Shown here: one piece after another, positions 1-10,780 of the stretch
How the letters are laid out: each line of letters opens with the position of its first letter
How positions within the stretch are numbered: position 1 is the stretch's first letter
Source of the DNA: Gonapodya sp. JEL0774
Lineage: Eukaryota
Direction of reading: 5' to 3'
DNA length: 64,000 nt
NCBI GenBank assembly: GCA_027604505.1
Contig: JADIIX010000020.1
Coordinates: forward strand, 62,001 to 126,000
The notes under the pieces: generated by a model
What the model was told of the DNA's origin: nothing
The model's database searches: none
Seen by the model: the letters and a program-made list of their open reading frames with translations, nothing else
Program-made: the position numbers and the translations under genes

Positions 1-2808
1 TCGTCCAGTGTCACGGGACTGATTGGAGTGTAACTGTTGCATCACGACAATCGATCAAAGATATATATCTTCCCTTTCGATATGGCAAAACAAACGGTCG
101 AATCACAAGCCGATCTGTATCCTGTGGATCTTGATGAGCGGCGAGCTCGATGTGTTGCCCAACAGGAAGCCATAGTCGGTTGTTCTCGCGATCTGGAAGT
201 CCGAGCCTCATTACATGTGTCAAAATAATACAACACGGGCGTGCATTCCTGTGTAATCTGTAAGCATAGGCTTGCTGACAATATACCTGAATCTCCGAGT
301 ATCGTGCGAGATGTCTTCTCGTGAGACAAACTTGAGTGGCGTCCACCTCCGAGGATGAATGGCAACAATCTTCCCATCTGGAGTGACTTGAGGCTGGCGA
401 GTGCAATCTAAAGTGAAGCTGTTAACTTCTTGTGTCAGAAATTGCACGCAGTGAGGATTGCAAACCCGAAAAATGGTCTTTCCTCTCCTGTTTGGCGAGG
501 GTCCCAATTACAAAATTTTCTTTCATGCGTTTTGCATCATCAGCATGAATGCCCATAAATTCTTCCGTCGCGTCGCCGCCAGCATTCATGAGTATGGGTC
601 CGGCACCTCCAGGATGACGAGAAAGGAACGACGTAACGTCGTAGACACCTCCAGCGATTACAATCCAGCACGATGACTGCGACTTGTGATTTTCGAGCTC
701 GGATTGCTGCATCAAAACGTTGTTAGAGCATGTCTACTGTTTGTGAACCCCCAAAACAAACGGTAACCTGCAGATTGTTATTTTATCCGGGCGGGCCCTG
801 ATCAGTGAGCTTTGCGTGTCGGTGCCGGCTACCTTCTTCAGCCATCCACCTTCTTTGGTTCCTAATGGTGCGGTGCGGGAACAAACTTGTAAGATGAGGT
901 GAGAGGGAACGGGCGATTGAAAAACTGACCTGGAACCACATGGTGTAAAAATAGGAGATATGGGGGACGTCCATCTTCCTCCCGAAGCTCCACTTGGACG
1001 CGATAAAGGGAGTTATTCATCATTCCTTGTAAGCTCCTGTTTCATTTCATCTCAAACCATGTCATCTGTCAGATAACGAAATCATGATCGCACTTACCAT
1101 TCGAAGTTCTCAGGCTGCCTGTTGCCAGAAGAATCTGTGGCTCGCACAATCACCTCTGTGCACCGAAGAAGCCGCCAAAGCTCGACCTCGAGTGTCCAGT
1201 GGACCCAACCCCACCATTTACTTGAGTGTCGCCGACCCCCAACATAAGTTCTGTGCACCAACCCAATTTCCACCACCATCGAGGGAGAGTGCCACCGAGT
1301 TGACCTTATTACCATTCCCGGTATAAGCAAATCCTCGGAAGGTTACGTGTTTTTTTCCGCTTAGGCTCCTTATGTCGATCATGGCATCGTTGACGGGATG
1401 AGAGATGACTTGAAACAACAATGTCAGTCTTTCATCCCGAACAATCAAGATGAGGAATCTCACCGCTTTGAATGCTGTTTTGATACAATGTGTGCTCTGG
1501 CTGGAAAAGAGAAAAGGGGGACAATCATTGAATTCAGGAAACTTCGGTCTGAACACATTATCTCACGTTTGCATAATGTCCTTCCTTTTCTGCTTGCTCG
1601 TCAGAAGATACCCATGAAGGTAAAACTTCCGACAGAAAAGTTCTGGGTTCAATAATGTGCAAGGTTCAGAGAACACTAGTCAGACTACGCACGCAAGTTG
1701 ACATGCCACTGAAACCAGTTCGTGCTTATGTGATCGCTAATTGTGATCTTCTTGAGCCACTTTACTTGTCTTCCTCCAACCATTCCTATTTAGATGATGC
1801 CCACGTTGAAAGATCTTCTAGTCCGCTAAATCGACATTGACTTGCCGGGTATAATCACACGCAGTGGAGCATCATGGTCGGGTGGAAGTGGCTCCACGCC
1901 ATTCATTTGATAAGCGACAAGACAATCGTTCGTGGGATCGATTGCATAGTCAAGAGGAATGCTTGTAGCATATGTTGTTTCGTTGTGCACTGCGTTCATG
2001 GTGTTCAATTTCCTGGTCAAGGACAGTCAGCTGAAAAACTCACGGTGGTCACAAGAATCAAAGGACACATGTAAGCCATCAACAGATTCATCTACTCCAA
2101 CATGAACTAGAAGGGTTTAGGAGGAATATCCCTCCCCATTGTGCACATGACACAGCACCGGCAGGTCCAAAGTTGCTCCCTGTTGTTTGTCGCCTCTTGA
2201 AATTGTGACGTGTTTGTCAATGGAAGCTTCTCTCTACCAGAAAATATCAAGCTCAAGTACCTGGTTAATATCTTTTCTTCGATTTTCGTTACACCCAAAC
2301 GCATCAGGAATGTGGACGATCGCCCGCAAGCCCTTGATCTCCTCCACACTAAGCTCGCATAGGCTCGTCACAGAACCCGTAATTTCAATCTTGTGTTTGG
2401 ATTGCTCTTCGAAAGACAAACTGGGAATTTTTGGAACCGGTCCATGGTTACGTACGTAATGTAGGTTTCGTGGAGTAATGAGCCCCGATTCTACCAGTAG
2501 CTTGGAGGGTGGCTCTGCATTAAGCTGGATACCTACCCGTTGTCCTTGAAATGCCGTTCTGTTGGAGTCCTCTGGGAAAGGTTCATACATACTGACATAC
2601 CGAATGAGATTGCCACATCGATCCACCCAGAAGTCGGGAGTCTTCTCGTCCTCTTCTTGCCTTTTTACCAAAAAACGTCTTTCCAGTCATCGCGAGCAGT
2701 CCTCTTTACCCCTCGATCATCCAAAGTTGAAGTCGATCCATCAACTTCAACTATTTTCAGCTTCGATCAAAGTGCGGCTAGCTGGAATCGACTCCATCTC
2801 ACTTTCAT
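1..2808 (-). pseudogene. niaD: Assimilatory nitrate reductase (Moco, dimerisation, cytochrome b5 and FAD domains), frameshifted; runs off the left edge
   Basis: Ordered motifs on the minus strand: TPDFWVDR..LIR, NAEPP..GLITPRNLHYVRNHGPVPK, CNENRRKD (cf. CAGNRRKE), YATSIPLDYAIDP..AYQMNG..PDH.PLRVIIPG|MVGGRQVKWL, GFAYTGNG..SLDGG, WSLQGMMNN, b5 CWIVIAGGVYDVTSFLSRHPGG, REDISHDTRRFR, LPVGQH, IRPYTP. Frame breaks within exons at ~2672, ~2525, ~2114 and ~1250. The 5' end is approximate. Confidence 0.85.
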
Positions 2809-2935
2809 GAAAACGGAGACTCTGAACTTTTATCTTCACAGGGAACACCGAATCACTCAAATTACGCCATGTTGGCTCGTGCACGCCTTACACAAACCTC
2901 GAAAGAGAATTCTAAAGTATACTGTACAAAACTCC

Positions 2936-5900
2936 TCAAGTACCCTCAAAAAACTGCTTGACTTCATTTGCGTAAATCAGTATTTTTCTTTCCTCTATCT
3001 CATCCGCGAGGGACGCATCCGAATCCAAGCTCTCGAGAGCACCCAAATCCCTCTCCCTTTTTGTCATTCCCAGCGAACCACTTTTACTAGCCCCATTACC
3101 AGCACCGGGATAACTCAAATGTCCGTTTGCATGGAGGAACCAGTACACGTGGTAAAACACAGCCAGGTCGTTGGTACCGCGAGCAACCTCCAGGAATCTA
3201 GATGGGCGCACCTGTCCAATAGTCCCAACACGAAGAGACTCTGCTGCGCCACCCGTCATTGGTACGAATGAGCTTTGCTTCCAATTCTTTCCGTGACTTG
3301 GCCTCGGACTCCCTGTCCCACTGCCCTGTCCCCTTCCGGGTAAACTCAATCCACTTCCACCGAGCCCTTTTACGAGTCCCTTGCTATGTGCTAGACGCAG
3401 AGCATCAATAGGTTTCCCGAGTCTCAATAATTCCTCAACATAATGTGCGTCCGCGTCGGGGTCTCCAACCGAACCGCCATTGTTCTTCGACCATGCCCTT
3501 GCGTATCTCAGCACGTTACGCTCCAACCACCTTAGGGTCTGGGCCTTTGGATCTCCTCCAGCACCCACTGGCGGCGGACTAATAGCCCTGTCTTCGAAAG
3601 CCCCCCTTCCAGAAACAGTTTGTCCTGCAGCGGTTTCCTCAGCAGCCGCGGCGGCGTCCCCTATGAGTCTTGCCACGTTGTCCGAAGGCTCCAGGACACG
3701 ATTTGCAACGTAATCTTCAAGTCGCAGGAGGTCGTTTGTGGCAATGAGCAATTGGACAAGATGAGGTGTGAATTGGGGCATAAGAGGCAGGAGAGATATG
3801 TAGACGTGGAGGCGAATGTCCGAGGGATATAGCTAGTGCACAAGAAGAGCAAAGATGTGGTGTGTGCATCATGCCAGGCTCTAGGACCCTGCTTCGCCAT
3901 ATCCTGTAGAGGAACACGACACCGAGAACCCACCTTGCCTCCTTCCTTTAATCCACACTCAACGGCCTCGACGACATCCCGCCATCCTATCCGCGCATCA
4001 GTCTCTGGAACTGGCCTCTCTACTCCTTCCACCCACAATTCCTCTAGATTGACTACCTCGTTGTCCCTGCCCGCCTCTGCGTCATCCAACGAGTCGGAAA
4101 CACACGTCCGCAATTCCTCTATACTCTCCACCACATCTCTAGGAGGTGCCGCCATCCTCGCAACACGTTCTCGAAGTACACCTTTGACTGCTTCAGCTCG
4201 CCCTCGAAGCCGCCGCCATAGCATAACGGCTCCGATGTCACGAGGGGATCGAGGTGAAGTGGTGGAAGGGAACTGCCCCAAAGTCGAGACAGATGTAGTG
4301 AACGACACGCGGTGCTGATACATCGCACGGGCAAGGAGCGGAAGGTCGAGGCGGAGGAAGAGGATGCTGCCTGCAGCGGGGTGGGGGAGGTATGGCGTGG
4401 AGGGAGGGGGTGGATTCGTTGGATCTGCGAGGGACACGTAGGGGTCGGGTTGTTCAGGAGAAGAGGTTAGCGTGGTGAGAGCAAGTGGGCCGAATTTCGG
4501 GTCAAGAAGGAGGGTTGTCTGTCAATGAGAGGGGGGTGACAAAAGAAATAAAGTCCGCCAGGTGTTTGGTGACATATGAGCAAACGCGACGGAGCCTCAT
4601 TCCATTTGATGTCTTCCCAGACCCTTAAGAACTCACCCTCCCCCTGACATCATGTACTAATACTACACCATCCACCACAGGTCCTACCACCCACATTCCA
4701 TCCCCCACCTCCCATGCCCCCACTTCTTCCACCTTTCCTTTTCCCACACTCCACAAAGAAACTCTACCACCCACGGTTCCTACAACCCAGCAACGGTTGT
4801 ACGCCACGAAAGACGCAAAGTGTCGGCGAAGAGGGCGAGGGCCGGGAGGTAGAGGGAGGGGCGGCATTAGTGTGAATGGGGCACCCGGAGGAAAATGATA
4901 GAGAAGGAGGCGGTTGGGATGAGAGTCAGAAGAAAGAAGGAGGAGGCGTGCCGGTGACTTCCATAAAGAAGGGGCAGAGATGTAAGCTTTCGGTCAGGAC
5001 TGTCTGTGGCGCAAAGCATAGCATGGCCGAAGCGAGACACAGCAAGTTGCCCCCGGCACTCCATGCATGTGTCTCTCGTGTTGCCATAAGATCTGCACGT
5101 CACGTTCCTTGACTGTTACCCTCCCAGAAAAACGGGCCGAACTCAAAGTGCCCCCGCTTAAACTGTCCCCTCGTGGAGCGGCCACAAACATCCTCAACTC
5201 ACCGACCACCCATACCACCCCACCTGCACCTTTACTTGCTTGCCCACCACCCATCTGCCCCCGCTCCTGCTCCACCTGTGCCACTCCACGCCCGTTGTCG
5301 CCACGACTATCAACTCCTTTTCCGCCAGCCACTCGCATCCTAAAAGAGCTTCTGAGGATTTCGCAGGTCTGGTTACGGAGTGGGCAGGGACGAGAGAAGG
5401 TAGGAGGAGTAGCTCCAGGGATTTGGGGGAGCGGAGGAGGGCCAGCAATGTCGAAGGCGGGTTGAGTTTGAGTGAGCGAACATAGCCCTTGGAAGTGATA
5501 CTGGAGTGCGCAGGTAGGTTTAATGAATGTCGAGAGGGGCTCAGCATTGCGCGAACTGTGGTGAGACATGACACCAATAATGGTGGGCCATGAACTCACT
5601 TGAGTAGGGGACCGCGGCGAACGCGAGACTGCAGCTTTTCTTCCAAAGTACGAGCGTTTGCAATGTCCACACGACCGGATGAGGATATGAGCGATAGAGG
5701 CAAAGTATTTAATGCAGGAGGGGTGGACGGAGGGTTGGCTGCGGAGTTTGATGTGCCCATCGACAGAATGGAGGTTGTACTTCGAGCTGGTGTGGGTATG
5801 GAAGAACTTGTGTGTTGCGGAGCCGGCATGGAGGTTCCATTTGTCCCATTTGAATAATCTGAAGCGAGAGCCAGGGCGAGAGAGTCGGCAAGAGCTGAGT

Positions 5901-6363
5901 TCGGCGTGTCTGGGATCGCGTTGGCATGGAGAGAGGCGACAAGACCAGTGTCACTCAATTCGCCGTACTTGTCGTCCCACTCCACGAGAGAGTGTGGATT
6001 CGCAACCAATCCGAATACCGACACCAGTGCGTCGTATTTTACGACTAAAACCCGAGGTCCCTGCCGTCCGCCAATGCCGTTGTCCTCCTGGCCCGCGTCT
6101 TCTCGCCGCCCTTCTTCCGATTCAATTTCATTAGGATTGAAGTTCCATTCTTCCTCTCGCCAGAATCCACCTTTCGCGGCGTCCGTCGACACTGTTCCTC
6201 TCCCGTGATTTCCCGCTCCTCTAGCAACAACATCGATGGCGTCGTCAAAGAGGACCGATGTGAATTCGTTTCGGGCAGGTATATGGCAGGAGACAAAACT
6301 TTGGACCAGGCCATAGACATGTGGAACTCCCGAAAGCATTAGCTGCTGACGATTGGTCACCAT
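2936..6363 (-). CDS. RMC1: RMC1/Mic1-like regulator of the MON1-CCZ1 complex (multi-exon)
   Basis: C-terminal Mic1-like region YVEELLRLGKPIDALRLA...RPSRFLEVARGTNDLAVFYHVYWFL resembles RMC1 IVEVLLSKHQVLAALRF...SARKFLDAAKQTEDNMLFYTIFRFF. The middle segment VVDGVVLVHD resembles VVDNLVVVHH, and the N-terminal SVLFDD resembles CVFFDE. Start ATG at 6363 is inferred. Confidence 0.65.
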
Positions 6364-6944
6364 TTGCAGGAGTGGGATTGGTGTGAGGCACCCTCCGATC
6401 ACAAGTGTCCAACAAAACCTAACTTGCATAAATATTCCAGTCCGACGATTCTTACACCTTTTCACGATTCTTGAGCCTGCGGATGCATCCCCATTGTCCG
6501 GCCGCTTTTCACTCATGTGGTTGATCTGAGCTGTTTCCCCGAATTGCTCCGCCTGTCCGTCCTTCACCTTCCAACAATCAGTTTCCAGAATTACGAGGGA
6601 TTTAGCAAGTGCTAGTGATGCGTCTTTGAACTCAACAAAGTGCACGTTATATTGATGACTGATCTCCCAGAATCCCTCCCGAGTAAGAACAAGACCAGAA
6701 AGTGTCCTGCCGTGGCGGCAAAGGTAGCGAAGTATGTATTTGATCTCATGGAGTGCCACGGTTTCGTGTTGGACTTGCTCCACTCTCCATACAGGGACTG
6801 AAGTAGCATAGTGTACACATGCTACGCATTGATGCGATGCATGGACCCCCATTGTCGGTGAGAGATATCGAGCGCAGATTTTATGGGTCGCAAGGGAACT
6901 CCCTTTGACGCAGTCCCCTGGGGCATGGATAACGTGAATACTGG

Positions 6945-9900
6945 ATGTTTTTAAAAGATAATCAAGATATGAGACGATCTGCAAGACTGATTGGAGATAT
7001 CGTTCAATTTTCTTCCTTAGCCTTAAAAATCATCAAAAGAGGGTTATCTGCGCATACCGAAACTCAACAACAATCCCGATCAATGATTCCACCCGGAATG
7101 GTTCTCGTTCCCTGTACGGCGCTACAGCAAATGCAGCAGGCTCCCCCGCCGTCGTCCTATCCTATCGTCCCAGGATTCCCCATTGTAAACGACATGGCCG
7201 TCCATCGAGAACATTCTCGGCTCTCACAAACGGAACGGCACGTGCAATCACAGCTACAGTACATGATGGTGCCAGTTCCCATACCATCGAGCCAGCAAGC
7301 TTTTCAGCAGCAATTTGCTTCGTTTGGAGGCCCGTATGGTTTTCCGTATGGAATGACGTCACCTACTGATTATGAGAATCGCGGCCTCCAATCGACCGAG
7401 GATCTCAAAGCGGAGTCCCCCGAATCACCGTTCCGTGATTACACTGCTTTTGGACCTCGCGGACGAAGACGCGTTGGAAGGTCATGGCAGGATCTTGACC
7501 GTGAACCTGAAGAAGGACGGGACTCAGCCAATCCCAACCATACAGGAACTTCGAAGATTCATGGCCAGCCACATCAAAATGATGTGAGAGGATCTGGCAG
7601 TCGCCTGTCTAGACGTACTCGGGATTCGACAAGTCCTGTGAGACGAGAGAGGACATCTCCCAGTCGTGCCCGGAGGTCCTCCTGGAAATCTCCTCGTGCG
7701 TTTGAAAGAACCTCCCAAGTGTCATTCAGCCCGACGAGACGGGTGAGGCGGTCGCTGAGCCCTCGTCGACGAACTGAGCACAGTCCACCGAGAACCTCGA
7801 GAAAGTCCCCACCGTCCTCCGGAGTTTCGAGAACTTCCAGCAGTCCTCCAAGGCGAATAAATTTACAGTCGCCTAAAGTTTTAGGAGACCAAAAGAGCAC
7901 GAGCCCCTCTCAATGGGTGACCCCCAATTTGAAGTCCTGTGAGAATGGAAGGAGACCCGTGCTTCCGGTGGACGGGCACGATGGAGATTTAAAGGCGCGA
8001 AATGACTATATTCCCAAAATTGAGACTCGAGATATTTTCGAGAGCAACCTGCCGGAAGCCATGGAGGAGGGAGAAGTGGAGACATTCTGGAGCAGAGGGA
8101 ACAACGTCCCTCCCCCGGAACGACAAGGTAAGTACGAGTTATCACCTACCAAAGTTCATTCAAGCAATATGGAAAATTTTATCGGTGGGGTTTTGATTCT
8201 GCACCCGAAGCGCCGTCCCGTCCACCCACCGAAGTTCCCGGCTTGCCTCCACCACCACCAAGGCAACCCCCTTTCACCCGTTGGTCGGTGTCCTCTTTTG
8301 GTGGGAACGTTCCGAAGGGAAAGCGAAGTAAGTGTTGGCTTACGTGTTGTTTCATGAATCGTATCGACAGGATGTCGTGTTAACCTCCCCTGTATGCAGT
8401 GTCCAAAAGGGGCCACAACCGAACGCCCATCCAAACGCTGGCCTCGGCATTGAATTCAGCTGCACCTACAGGGTTTTGGGCACACTCAAACTCGATCTAC
8501 CCTCTTGTTACAGATCACGAGACTCATGTTGAGAGACTCGAAGCATTCGCGGCGCAGCGTGGACTCAGTCTCCGATTTGAAATATCTGACAGCCAGCAGG
8601 TCAGCTTGGGGTTCCGAGCGCGTCCGATTCTGGCGGACACAGCACTTTCATGGAGCAAGTACTTTTCTGATAAGGAGCAGGCTAAGGAGGAGGCTGCCAA
8701 GGATGGTCTGGCGAAGGTTGTGACGGCCGAACTGAAAATGCAGCAGGTTCGAGACAACTTCGACCACTCAAATTTTCAATGTTTTGGCAATTAATTTTTC
8801 TTTGCACTTTGAATAGGTTCTAATCACCATCAATAAGAAGATCCAGGCAGGAGATATCACTCGCCACTGGCACATGCTCGCATCCGGGATCTCAACAACT
8901 TCGGTTCAAGTGTCAGACATTACTAAACTTCTGAAAGACTTGAGGGCTCAGGTCTTGGACAAAATGCAAGCTGATGACAGAAGAGTCAAGATCATCGAGA
9001 CAGTGGAGTCGGGAAGGTGAGAAGCTTTCACACACTCACAACATCAAGTCAAGAAACGATCTCATCCTGAACAATTACCACCAGCTACAGTCGTGGTACT
9101 TCAATTCACAGTGAAAGTTTGGAGCTTATCGTCTTCATGGAACCCCCGCCCGACCGTACTCCCGAGACCCTTCGTCCGCGAGCAGGTCTCGCGAAAATTC
9201 TCAAAGGCTCTCTTGAAAGATGGGCCCACTCTGTGACTTCCACCGTAAACCTGACGAATATTGCAGCACTTCCAGGAGTTGTGCCGTTTATGGTAGATGG
9301 TCAGACCATCTCGATGGTGCTGTGCGCCAAAGTATCCAAAGATCAACTTGTCGACTTCCTCAATGAGGGGTATCGCGTCCTTCAGCCTTTTCCGAATGAC
9401 GCCGGAAGCGTCGCCATCCCTCCTGACGGCGCTCAAAGAGCGCTCGAATGGAAGCCATTCTTTGCTCCGGAGGAAGTCCAATTTTGGTCAGAGGGGTCAC
9501 TCTGGCCTGATGAGTGCCGTGATTTGGTGCGACTTGTGAAGCTGTGGGGATCGCTTGTGATATTGCCGAAGGGTAAGAGTGTCATTGGATGGGATTTAGT
9601 GCTCGAGTGTCTGGCCTTTTGGGTGTGGGAAGATGTGAGCGTTTTGATGCGTGGACAGCGACATATCGATAGTGTTGAACCTGCATGGTTCTGTCCCCTC
9701 AGGTAACGTTCCATTCCGGCCCTCGCACCCTCCCCGTTCTTTTCCATCAAGTTATTTCCCTCCTCGGTACCGCCACTAACCTCCACCTCATCTTCAAATC
9801 TGCCACCTACGACGAAGATTTCGATGTGCCCGACATCTTGCGCAGAGTTAGACCGTTGATCTTGAACCCGGTGAATCCATTTGACAATGTCATGGGGTAC

Positions 9901-10677
9901 AGTGATCAATCAGTGTGGGAGGCGGTAGAGAAGGCGGCAAAGTTATCTGAGGAAATAATAGAGAAATTTATGAAGGAAACGGAGATGGTATGTATCCTGA
10001 GGCTAGTTTCAAGCCTGAAGAGGTGGTAATTGTCCTCTCTACACTGCAAACTTTTTAGACACTGGCCGATCTTTGCACCATCTTCACCCCGATCTGCGAC
10101 GAGAAAGCACCCTTCCGAGTCAAGTACAAGGCTTGTGAGCCACTACACGCTTTCACAGCAAAAATCCGAGTGACTTATACTCCGAACCCACCACACAGTC
10201 CTTTTGAAGAACGAGTCGCGCCCACCGAACCCTCACATCTATGTCCCGGACGACTGTCCAAACAACTACGCTTTCGAACAGATACACCGCCGTGGAATTC
10301 CGGCCAGCCTCCTGAGCAGGGTTAGGGTGGTGACGATAACAAAGGCTCCTTCAGTCGTGGGTGAAGTGGATAGATCCGCGGTGGAACACAAGTTGAAAGT
10401 GTGAGCACGAATCGGAGTACAACGAATCTTTCCATCGAGCTTGCATTCATTAACAGCACCACCACCACTCTTTATCCCCCGTGAACCCAGATTTTTCGAA
10501 TCCGACCTACGCCCACATATAACCAACCTTTTTACCGACGGGCTGCGCGTCGACGGTGCGTACGTTCCCGGAGGTCCCTACACGTTCGCCATTCGCGCAC
10601 CCGTGACCGAAGAGTGGTCGGTGGCTGTGCGGTGCTGGGTGGAGGATTTGGTGGCATTGGGGGGGAGTTTAGAGTGA
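6945..10677 (+). CDS. RS-rich / dsRNA-binding domain / 2'-5' oligoadenylate synthetase-like nucleotidyltransferase (degenerate catalytic triad) / unknown C-terminal domain
   Basis: dsRBD-like HVERLEAFAAQRG...FRARPIL...KEQAKEEAAKDGL (~8520-8720). Spliced (intron 9017-9084) ESGSYSRGTSIHSESLELIVF, then FFAPEEVQF..CRDLVRLVKLW, LVLECLAFWVWE and RPLILNPVNPFDNV..WEAVEKAA, following the order of the OAS NTase and OAS C-terminal lobe motifs. Start may be 6945 or 7083; the last exon junctions are uncertain. Confidence 0.75.
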
Positions 10678-10780
10678 AGGAGAAGGAGGGTTTTTCAACA
10701 AGGTGTACTTGGTGGTGACAGGATGCAGAAGTTGGGCCTCTTCTTGTTTCTTCTTCATTTTGATTTACGAAGGGTGCGAA

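Noticed and set aside
2540..3271. 243 aa plus-strand ORF
   Set aside because: Antisense to RMC1 and nitrate reductase coding sequence; no motifs.
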